Assembly: GCA_004022145.1 (NCBI GenBank)
Contig: RCNU01000005.1
From: Paecilomyces variotii
Lineage: Eukaryota
Length of the DNA stretch: 64,000 nt
Direction: 5' to 3' (one strand)
Of this stretch, positions 1-10,550 are shown piece after piece (position 1 is the stretch's first letter; every line of letters begins with the position of its first letter). The position numbers and the translations under genes were made by a program. A model generated the notes under the pieces. That model was not told the origin of the DNA. It saw nothing but the letters and a program-made list of their open reading frames with translations, and ran no database searches.

Positions 1-2
1 AT

Positions 3-469
3 AATGCATCAAAGGCGGCTCTTCATGCTTATATAAATACTCTGCGCATCGAAATGAGCCCCTTTGGTGTAGAGGTCGTAAATGTCATCACAGGAGGGGT
101 GAAGTCGCATATATGGAATGCTGAGAGGATCTCCAAGGAAGGTTAGTAGTATGGAGCCCTGTGTATATGAAGTTAAGTGGTGTAATTTTAACGTATCTGT
201 ACCTAGATTCTCCGTATACGTCTATCCAGGAGAAACTGGACGAGGCTAATGCCTCGAGTGCTAAGAGCTCCACGGATCCAGCCGTATATGCGAGGAAAGT
301 TGTCTCGGCCATTGTGAGAAGAAATCCGCCTGCGGATATCTGGGCTGGGGCGGGTGCGTCAGTGTTTTGGTTCATTGATCGTCTGAATCTCAGATGGATG
401 TACCGTTTTGTCTTTGCGAAGATGTATGGACTAGATTCACTCTGTACATCTCAAGACAAGTCTAGGTGA
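3..469 (+). CDS. Short-chain dehydrogenase/reductase (AYR1-like), 3' part; the gene starts upstream of the window
   Basis: Frame 3 reads NASKAALHAYINTLRIEMSPFGVEVVNVITGGVKS, i.e. the tail of the YxxxK motif plus the typical 'LRxE..PFGV.V..V.TGGV' segment. A GT-AG intron at 142-206 joins in frame to DSPY...; stop at 467-469. Confidence 0.85.
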
Positions 470-686
470 TGTTTTTTGTCCACTACCATGCGGGGGGAAA
501 CATGGCGCAGTTACCTAGCTCAGTTGCATACCAGATATCATCCGATCAATGAATCTTTCCACTTTCTCGCATGCGGCCCAGTTTTTGAGATGCTTGGAGG
601 CGAGCAATTGTTGATCGGCGCTAGGTCTCCCGATGTTTAACATCGAAATATGATCATACCCCAAATTGGAGCCTTCAATTGGCCAG

Positions 687-2460
687 AACCAATGCAGCGG
701 CCTCCAGAGGCCGTGCGCAAAATGTGCAAAGGCCGGTCTAGAATGTTCGGAGAAAAGACCTGTGAGATGGGTTAAGGGTGTGGCCATCCGGGGCAAGATG
801 CGGGGTGTGTCCCTGGAGGATGGACACGCTGATGCTAGGGGATCAAATAACCTTAAGCAGAGAGTCAAGCATACTAAACCTCTTATCGAACCTAGTACAT
901 GTGTGATCGGAAGAGATGTTAAACATGGCGGTAGGCTTCTCTCATGCCCATCGTTATTCACTGGTATTCTCTAGCACTGTCCGCATAGTAATGTCTATCA
1001 TATAGTCTAATGAACTAGAGCTAATTTACATACAGAATCTCGCATAATGCATTTCGACAACTCTTCGCCAAATTTGCCAGTCGTTCTGGGAGACCCTTCT
1101 ATCTCAAACTTGAATGAAGCGGGTAGATATTACCTTGATTATTGTAAGTGCAATTATCAATCTGCTCTTCGAGACGTATCCACAGGCCTAATATGAGAGA
1201 ACAGATAATGGTCACATATGCAAGCTCTTCATCGTGTACGACAGCGAAGAGAACCCCTTCCGGAGTCTAATTGCTCTTGCTTTGGAAGACTCTATTCTCT
1301 TACAATCAGTCCTTGCTCTAGCAGCATGTCACAAAGCCAACACAGGCCGGTCCTTTCATCAGTCAGAAATGACGAGGTCTGTCGAGACGATAAAGGCCCA
1401 ACAGGACGCACTATCTTTCAAGTGCCGCGCTATGAAAGAACTTTCGGGTGCTCTCCACGAAGCGATCTTACACAGACGAGACAGTACAGTGGCTAGCATA
1501 TTCCTTCTGATATTCCTGGATCTCTTAGAGTCCGGAAGTGATAGATGGAACTTTCATCTTGAAGGCGCTAAGCGCTTGATGTCATCATTCCAAGTGTCAG
1601 CCCAGCCGCAGAACGGAATCAGCCAGGATCCGGGCGAACAGTGCAGCGAATACGCAGCTTCATCACCAAGCAGATCTACTTGTATGTCTACCTCACGGTG
1701 TTGATTTGAAACGCACACGTTTATTATTATGATATGTTGCTAATGGAGCATCAGGATTGAAACCCTTGGAGCAACCTTTGTGCGTCCAAAATTAATTTCC
1801 CAGTATTCTTCCTCGGTCTATCCAGATATATCATTACAAGAAACGGTGGAACGATCCTTTCTTGGATGCCCAGGATATCTGCTCAACGCAATACAATTCT
1901 TCTCGCTCAAGAGAGACATCATTGCTAGCTCGGAGCCGTTCGATCAAGGCACTCTTACGGACCATATACAAGATACAGACCGCATGCTCGAATCTATACG
2001 GAATTTCGATTACTATGCTTGGGTATCCAGTCTGCCCCAGTCACACCATTCACCAGAGCGGGACGTAAGTCGTCTTTGCATATTATCAGAATCATACAAG
2101 ACTGGGGCTCTCCTATACGGCGAACGCGTCCTCGACGCTTTCGCTCAACGCACCACGGCGCAGGATGACCTGGTCTGCAAATTAATCGGATTAATTGGTA
2201 TCTTGAAGGATGATAGGACTCTATTAAAATGTGCACTCTGGCCTATATGCATTGCTGGCCTGGAGTGCCGATGGCAAGCCCAAAGAGACTTTCTGATTGG
2301 TTGTCTGGAGAAATTCTGGGAGGACACGAGTTGTTTAAACGTGATCAATGCTGCCAAGGTATTACAGACATACTGGCGACAGATCGATGGGCAGGGAGGT
2401 GACTCATCGCAATGGATATTCACTATAGGTTGCTTGGGTGCCGATTGGCTCCTTATATAG
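687..2460 (+). CDS. Zn2Cys6 / Fungal_trans_2-type transcription factor (acr-2-like), apparently disrupted; 5' start not located
   Basis: Partial Zn cluster CSGLQRPCAKCAKAGLEC followed by RWVKGVAIRGKMRG. Further motifs: YYLDY|YNGHICKLFIVYDSEENPF, LDLLESGSDRWNFHLEGAK, SFLGCP, LWPICIAGLEC. Introns at about 931-1035, 1144-1204 and 1682-1754. A 1-nt frame change near 1635 is needed to read RTVQRIRSFITKQIYL into the next donor. The first CxxC was not found. Confidence 0.75.
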
Positions 2461-3349
2461 GATGAGCCGACTGGGCCTGTCAGAAATAGTGCTATATGTT
2501 TATAGACTATCGATTAATTCAGAGAGAAGTAGTACACATGCCGAAGAATACATAGAAAGAAACATGCGATATCTACTATTCTGTACCGAAAAGCGTATGA
2601 AAGTTCGTATCTGGACCAGCGCTTGAGGTAACGGTTGGATTAAGGTTATTATGAACAGCAGTCCAATACAAACCCCTGAAGCTTACGGATAGAGGTGGCG
2701 TAAGGACAAAGAAAACTAGGTGACGAGCGCCAGATTTCGACTGATTCTATTAGTATTTTCCTGCTCTTCTCTAGAACCTAAACAGATGGCCTGATGATAA
2801 CCCCGGGAATATCCACTATTGATAACGCAGGCCACTCGCATGGGAATACCAAACTAGGAAGGGCAACTAACATACTCGAAAGTTATCCTGACGCACCACA
2901 CCCATCGTGACTCAAGTTACAAAGCTATCCATCGAGTACCAGTACAGATAACTTCTGAAGCGAAGCCCTCTAAGCTTGAATTCTCTAGCAACTACCATAG
3001 CTCAGCCCATTTATCTCTGCGGGTGAAGCCAGAAAGACGTGGGAGAAACCCGACAAGAGGAAGGCCTGCATGTAGACAGGCTCCGACATAGCTCAACACC
3101 GAGTGGAACCTAGCAGTATGATTTTCCATGCGGTTGGACTCGTCGGGAACTACCTTCAATTATCGGCGCAGTCTACCAATCAGACCGCGGTGATATTAAT
3201 CCCCGATTACCATGATCTCCGCGGAGGCGGGGGAGTTTTGTATGTATGTGTATAAATTATTTAAGATATCTTAGATACCCAGCTGATAAAACAACTCCTT
3301 TCAACTCAACCCCTCTGACTCAGTCTCGATCATCCCAGAACATCACATC

Positions 3350-4129
3350 ATGTATCTCCGAGCCGCCCACGCGGAGTCATCTATCCCTATTCTGCACCAA
3401 CTCATCCGCGAGAATCCCCTAGGGATACTGACCACTGCAATCCCATCCGCCAACCACCCCACTATTCAATCGAGCCATATTCCATTCCTCCTCGACGTGC
3501 CAGAATCCGAGGATGGAACACATGGCATCCTGCGGGGCCACATAGCCAAGCAGAATCCACAAGCAAAAGCCCTCATGGAAGCGCTAGAAGCGAACTCACC
3601 AAACGAAGGGAGCCACCCACTCGAACTACCAGATGAAGTCCTAATTCTCTTCAACGGACCATACCATCACTACGTGACACCGAAATTCTACACGGAAACA
3701 AAGCCAAATACAGGAAAAGTCGTCCCGACATGGAACTATTCTGCCGCACAGGCATATGGCAAGATTCGCGTATATTGCAATTCGAAATCAGAGGAGACGA
3801 GTTTGTTTCTCCAGAAGCAGGTTGAGGAACTGAGTCAGCATGCAGAGATGTCTGTTATGGGGTATACGGGAGAAGGGGACAGGCCGGGTTCGTGGAAAGT
3901 GTCCGATGCGCCAGCGTCGTATGTGGAGCTGTTGAAGAAGAATATTATCGGGATTGAGATCAGGATCGATCGTCTGCAGGGGAAGTTTAAGATGAGTCAG
4001 GAGATGGGCCTGGGAGACCGACAGGGTGTAATTGAGGGGTTTGAGCAGTTGGGGACGGAGGTTGGGAAGGGGATTTCGAAGACTGTGAAGGAAAGGAGCG
4101 AGTTGCTGGATTCGAATTCGAAGAAGTAG
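3350..4129 (+). CDS. PAI2-type FMN-binding split-barrel protein (negative transcriptional regulator family)
   Basis: Intact 259-aa ORF: MYLRAAH, SHIPFLLD, LRGHIAKQNPQ, HYVTPKFY...KVVPTWNY, GKFKMSQE. Confidence 0.9.
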   Translation: MYLRAAHAESSIPILHQLIRENPLGILTTAIPSANHPTIQSSHIPFLLDVPESEDGTHGILRGHIAKQNPQAKALMEALEANSPNEGSHPLELPDEVLILFNGPYHHYVTPKFYTETKPNTGKVVPTWNYSAAQAYGKIRVYCNSKSEETSLFLQKQVEELSQHAEMSVMGYTGEGDRPGSWKVSDAPASYVELLKKNIIGIEIRIDRLQGKFKMSQEMGLGDRQGVIEGFEQLGTEVGKGISKTVKERSELLDSNSKK

Positions 4130-4564
4130 AGTTGAATTATTTCTGTATGCATAAGTTGATTATTCTTACTCATCCGCAAAGCGCATTGTAGCGGCTAGAT
4201 ACCTCTTAGATTCATTACCAGTGCCAGTCCTCCAAAGCTAAACCAGACACAACCAAGTTTCTACTCTGTTCAATAATAATAATAATAACCGACAATTAGA
4301 TACTGCACGTATTATACGCCATCAACTTTCCATTCTAGGAACTTGACGGGAGTGGGTCAGCGGCAAATGTCAAATTGCCTATTTAAGAAGTTAATGGGAG
4401 CGGGGCATTTGGTCCATATAACATATTATTATTCTCTATTACTTGGCTTGAGGTTGCTTCCAGTATTCTTATATATATAGCTAGAATCGTATAAATATAA
4501 GGGAAGGACTCTGAGTATTAATCCATCTCAAAGTGTTGTACCTGCTCCAACACCGATTCTTATA

Positions 4565-5964
4565 ATGCGTCCATCTATCTCAACCGCAATGCCACCAGCA
4601 AATAACTCTCCAGCTCATCCTGCCACGCGAGCTTTACATGCTGATGACCCCTTAAACCAAGTGACGGACGTTGCGCCTCCAATCCACTTGTCCACGACAT
4701 ATAGATATCCCAATGAACCGGAAGACTTGATCCCCAGCGCAGATCCTGTTGTACGTATATCCACCCATCCATCCATTCATTCATACGTATATACATACCT
4801 CCTTCCCTAGGAAAAGAACAGTAACTACCCCCTCCCTCTTCATATCCAGAACACTAACACAAAACAATACCCTCTAGGCCGAATTCACCGGAAAAAAACT
4901 ACATCTACTCCCGCGAATTCGCACCCAACACCACACGTTTCGAAACCATCCTCTCCTCCCTCCTCCACGGCCACACAATCAGCTACTCCTCCGGCCTCGC
5001 CGCCCTCCACGCGACCCTAACTCTCCTAAACCCTCACCACATCTCCCTCGGCGACGGGCTACCACGGCAGTCACGAAGTAAATCTCCGTAATATCCCGTC
5101 TATCAGGTCTACAGAAACCCCCCCCCCCCCCCTTGACTGTCCCGCCTCGAGCCTAGAAAAGGGGGGATGTAATCCTCCTCGAAACACCAATCAATCCGTT
5201 CGGAACGGCATTTAATATCGAGGAATATGCCATAAAGGCCCATTCGAGAGGAGCGTATCTTATTGTTGATAGCACGTTCGGTCCGCCCGGTCTGCAGGAT
5301 CCGTTTTTCTATGGGGTGCGGATATCGTTTTGCATTCATTCTGGATCGAAGTATTTCGGGGGGTCATAGCGATCTAGTTATTATGCGGGGTGGTTGCGAC
5401 GAAGAATGAAGAGTGGACAAAGAAAGACTCTTCTGGAAGATAGACTGGCTACCTAATTGGGAACGTCATGGGTAATCTGGAGGGAGATGGCTTGGTGTGC
5501 GGAGTCTGCGGACGTTGGAAATCCGTGTTCAGCGCGCGAGTCAGAATGCAGCGGAGTTAATCGCTTGGTTTTCAGCGTGGTTTGAATAATAATACAGAAT
5601 CAGAATCAGAATCAACACCTGCGAAGGGAAGTGAAGATTACTTCGTCCAGACTGTCGTCGAGAAAATCCACCACATCAGTCTTCAAGATGAGCCATGGAT
5701 CCGGAAACAGATGCCCAATTAATGGCTTCGGATCGCTCTTCTCTCTCGTTCTGCGCAACGAGGAGTTCGCTCGGCGTTTACCTATCTAGCAAATTGGCCT
5801 TTTTCCATCATGCGACTAGCCTTGGAGGTGTCGAGTCGTTGATCGAATGGCGGGCATTGTCTGATTCGAGAGTCGATCGAAAGCTGCTGAGGATTAGTGT
5901 GGGGTTGGAGAATTGGCTGGATTTGAAGAATGATCTTCTTGGAGCGTTGTCAAGGCTTTGGTAG
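4565..5964 (+). pseudogene. Cys/Met-metabolism PLP-dependent enzyme (cystathionine gamma-synthase/lyase family), multiply frameshifted
   Basis: Motifs DVAPPIHLSTTY, YIYSREFAPNTTRFE, ILLETPINP, LIVDSTFGPPGLQDP, HSGSKYFGGHSD (PLP lysine), RSLRTLEIRVQR, HATSLGGVESLIEWR and LLRISVGLE can be assembled only by removing about 16 small insertions. Intron at 4751-4877. Confidence 0.9.
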
Positions 5965-6786
5965 AGGAGTCAATTTAATAACTACTGAGATTAAATCGGA
6001 TCTAGATGGTGATTGTATGTACATACTTAACTACTGTACATAGTACTGTACATACATACAAAATAACCACAGCTTCCCTCACTCGATCATCCACCCATCC
6101 CATGAGCAAGCAATCAGGTCCCCACCTCTAAAAAAGCATTACAATATAAACTAGGAATATAAATAAGACGTATCACACAACCCAGGGCAAAAAAAAAAAA
6201 AAAAAAGAAAATATCTTCTGCTGCGTCTCCAAGTGGGTCTTGACAAAGCTATCGTCGATGTGGATGCAGACTAGCAAGCGGGCCAGGGGCAAAAACACAA
6301 CTGATCTTCCACTGTCCAGCCTCCTGGGATGTGGGCGTCTCCTTAACGGGGGCTAAATGGATCATCTGCAGAGAGAGAGCCACGAGACCCACAAGCTATT
6401 CTTAGGATGATCTTGATTTTGAGTTGGCGCAACGTTCTATCAGAACGTCTGTGTTACAATGTTTCACTATACCATGACTTGTTTAGATCCTTTGGCAGTA
6501 GATGCCTTTCGACGGGAGAATTCATAGAAAATATCCATCATTGAATCGCTAACGCTTAAGAAAAAATGTAGATAGATATACAAGGCCCATCAGAATGAAA
6601 TCATTAATCCAAATCGCCCAAAAAGCCTGCACCAGACCTTGCTGTCGCCAATAGAATCGAATCCATGATAGCCAATTCCAAAAAAGGTTCCCTCCTGAAG
6701 AATAGAATATATGCTGCCAGACTCATGGCAGCGAACTCCAAATACACCAAACGACCGTTTCCGATTTGGTGGAAGCAAAAAAGCAC

Positions 6787-9645
6787 TTAAACCGCCAGTC
6801 GTCGATCCCAGCCGTCGACCAGGCCAAAATCATCAATTTCGTCATCTGCCGCCGGGATGATGATCCCCTTGAAAGGATCCATCAGGTTCACGTTATCCTG
6901 GTGGTGCAGTCCCATATCATTAAGCGGCGACACCTCCTCGGCGCTTCCCAGACTCTCCTCCGAGTAGCTCAGAACACTCTGGGTGGTTGCCCCTTGGTTG
7001 TGCGGCAAGTCGCCACTGCTGGAAGACCAGGCTTCTGGCGACAAGCTGTGAGCCTCAGTGGCATGGGGCTGGATGCTCAAGGAATTGGGATGCTGTTGCT
7101 GAAATTCAGCAGTCAGAGAAGCAAAAGGCCCGTGGTCTTCACCGCATTCCTTTCCTCCGTAGATCCCGGTGAAAATATTGGAGTGGCCCTGCGCCATGTC
7201 ACTGACGACGAACTCCCAATCCGCCATACTGAGCGCAGACTTGGGAAGATCCGAGGAAGACATGGCGCGATGAGAGTCAGCGTTGAGAGGGAAGTACTCG
7301 AAGTTATTGTACTCTAGAGAAGGATCGTTGATTCGAGGCTTCTCTGCGCCCATCTGGCCCATGTGGTCCGTCTGCTGGGCGGGGAGGCTAGACCGGCTTG
7401 AAGAGCGAATGTGCCGGTGGGGTGTCGGAGGGCTGGCGTTGGTGATGGTAGCTCTGCGGGAGTGAGACTCCGCTCGTGCTGGCTGGAACGAGGGCCCGGA
7501 TACTGATCCACGAGACTTCAAGGGCTGGTACTGCTTCTTTGGAGACTTGGGCTTGAGAGATGACTCGCGCATCTCGGACGATTGCTTGGCGGCCGCTTCA
7601 CGCTTCCCACCATCGACAGAGATGAGCAGATTGGCAACCACGGTGAATTCAGCCGCGGCTCCGGCTGATTCTGATTCAAGCTGGTCGATGACGGTCGAGA
7701 GAAGCTTCTGGCTCTCCTTAGCAAGCTTGCTGTCGCGCTTCAGACCCATGTTCTGCCAAAGTAGGCCCAGTCCAGAGAGGAAGACCAGTTCCTTCCTGCT
7801 CATGCAGAAGGACAGGCTCATCCTCCTCTCATCAAGCAAGTCCAGAATTTGGATCATGTGCTTATTCGAGTCGGACAGAGCGAGGACAGAAGTGGAGGCA
7901 ATGGTAGCATCTCCAAAGCAGACCGCAGGGCGGTGGATCAGTGTTCGGATGTAATAATACACCATTGACTACGTAGAGTCAGTACCAGAGTCAACGACGA
8001 AGAATGATCGAGCTTACCAGAAGAGGAGACCGACTGCTGGTCACATTGGTGCTAGGCTTGTCCTGCGCGAACTCGAGTCTCAGGTGCGGAGGAAGGTTCT
8101 TGGACCACCCATCCAACTGCTCGGACAGCGCATGGAGCTTGGAGACTGGGATCTCATATCCAGCAGGCGAGGGATACAAGTCTTCCAGGACTTTGTTCAG
8201 AATCCGCGAAGCGGCAAACAATGCAAGGGCGCTGGACAGGCGTGTCGATTCGCCCGGAAGCGTAGGAAGGAAGCCAGTCTCCGTCACATTCTCGTCGTCC
8301 ACATCCGCAGGGTACTCGGTTCGGATATCGTCTTCACGCAGGAGCACGGGCAGGCCGGTCAGAGCAGCAGAGAAACTGTTGAGACTTGTTAGCTCCAATA
8401 AAAACATCGTTATTAGCGAAGAGAGAGCGTACCGATCCAGAACATATTGACACCAGAAGACCTTCTTTCTGGTCTCGCTGGTCAACGGGTTCATAGAGAA
8501 GCGTTTCTGACTCTGGTGGAGCCCCAGCTGGTGGACTAGTCCGACCGCAAGACCACGATACCGCGAGAGACCTTTGTAGTCCGCCTTAGCGGTGCAGTAC
8601 ATCTGGGCCAAGATGAGGCACTGAAGAGTGCCGATGGACACATCTCCGGACAGAGACTCCAGAGCGGGGTACCAGTTCTGTTCGAAGAACGCTGGATCCT
8701 GGTTGGTCCTCGACTGTTGCCACGGTCAGCATGCTCGACGGATCAAATCGAAGCGCTGTGGTATCTTACCCTCGCAGAAAGCGCAGCAATTCCAAAGATG
8801 AGGTTCAACTGAGCCGCGGCGTATTTGTTGCTGGACAGAGAGTCTGCATCAGTGAGGTAGTGATCGTAGGTCTTGAGAATCGTTGGTCGATGGACGACCG
8901 GATAGAGCGGCGCCCATTCTTGGAAGAAGATATTGATTAATTGGTCCGATACCAATCGAGGAGGAGTCTTGATGGTCTGATCGAGGACGGGGTAGGAGAT
9001 CATGGGCGGAGACGAAGTCAGCTCCTGCGTCGAGAAACTCGACGCGGACTGGCCGTTCTCCTCCAGTTTACTCGTGAACACATCTATCAACCACCCTCGT
9101 CAGCATCCTGTCACCCACAACTACTGCGTCATCCGTGGAGGAAGAGTATACATACCAACAAACGCTCTAGTGCTCGAGGGACCGGCAAATGGAGTGTCTG
9201 GTGTAGGGTTCCTCAGCAGCGACGGTGAATGCTGCACCCGAATGACACCTTCACCGCTGTGATTCGTTGTCGTCGTCTGTTTCTTCTCTTCTGCCGCCGG
9301 TGATTTCAACGCCGTCTTGTGTGGATGGGGGGAAAATGAATGTATGCGGGAGAGCACATCGATCTTCTCGTCCTTCTCGTCGAGTAATCCCTTCAGCTCC
9401 CGTACTTCGGCCTCCAACGTCCGTACCCGATCCTCCAGAGATTCTGTGTATCCTCGCGGGAAGGCGCGACGGCTCAGCTTGTCGCTGGTCTTGCACTCGA
9501 AACCCACATTGGCACATTGCGAGCAGCATGGTCGAATGCCATCACATCGAATCTTCTTGCTTCGACAACGATCACAGGCCTGGGCAATGCGGCTCTGGGA
9601 GCTGCTGCCCACCTTGATGACTTTCATCGGTAGAATTCCCGGCAT
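6787..9645 (-). CDS. facB: Acetate-utilisation Zn2Cys6 transcription factor FacB (Cat8/Acu-15 family), multi-exon
   Basis: The N-terminus [13 protein letters not shown]...[57 protein letters not shown] is the characteristic FacB/Cat8 sequence. Middle-homology region: [49 protein letters not shown]. Confidence 0.93.
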
Positions 9646-9950
9646 GTTGGCGGTTTAACACGTTCTGGCACAACCAGTCGTCTGCATCTGTCCCCGTGCG
9701 CGTCGTGACACCCCAGTCTGGGCAAGTTCGTCGTCGTATAGTTCTGTCGTTTTCGTTTTCTTTCGTGATTGATATCTTCTTTTTTTTCTCGTCCGTCTCT
9801 TTTTTTCTTCCTTTTCTCGTGTCCAATTGCCAGATCGATTTGCAAATGGCCCAGGGTGATAAGATAGAGAGTCGAGAGTATCTAAGCGTACGTCTAGAAG
9901 GAGAGGAGAGTGGATAAGAATGGGAAAGCGGAACACGGGGGGCAGGACCG

Positions 9951-9992
9951 GATGGATATGGATATGGATTATGGATTATGGATTATTATGGA
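9951..9992. repeat. Degenerate (ATGGAT/ATGGATT)n microsatellite upstream of facB
   Basis: gatggatatggatatggattatggattatggattattatgga read directly. Confidence 0.85.
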
Positions 9993-10525
9993 TAGACGTG
10001 GTAAGCGGCCATCTTTTGGGGGCGCCTTGGGAAGGGGAGGTCAGGCTGGTTCCACCAAGTGGAGCGGGCGCGGGTGGTCAGTCGTGGGGAGCGGCCAAGG
10101 GGGGGAAACTTGGGAACACGACGAGTCTTGGGAAAGGCAGCAAACACCTGGCGGCCGATTGTTCAGGCAGGGGGCTGATTGGATAAATTACCAGAATACC
10201 CCCACTTGGCGTCGCCTGCAGGCCTCGTTGGGAATGCGTCGACTGTGCTGGCCAGAGAGACGCCAGGAAGAAGAATAAAATACCTAGTAGTAAAGTAACT
10301 ATGGTACGGAGTATACCAGAATCCCTGTGGCCACCGGCAGGCACATGCGCCGAGTCCGGCAGCAAGTCCAGGGAATAAAAAAAACGATGGAACTCGTGAC
10401 GCAGCGGGCGAACTGCTTGTTCTTGCACACACACACACACACAATTCGTCCATAAGCGCCAGACCACTCTATCTAATTTATTATTACCTACTCACTACTG
10501 ATCATGAAGTGAAAGTATGCAACCA

Positions 10526-10550
10526 GAGTCGAGTCGAGTCGAGTCGAGTC
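10526..10550. repeat. (GAGTC)5 microsatellite
   Basis: Five perfect units. Confidence 0.95.

Noticed and set aside
4878-5800. Programmed frameshifting or deletion RNA editing as a way to rescue the Cys/Met gene
   Set aside because: About 16 heterogeneous insertions of 1-8 nt are too many and too varied, and no such nuclear mechanism is established in fungi.
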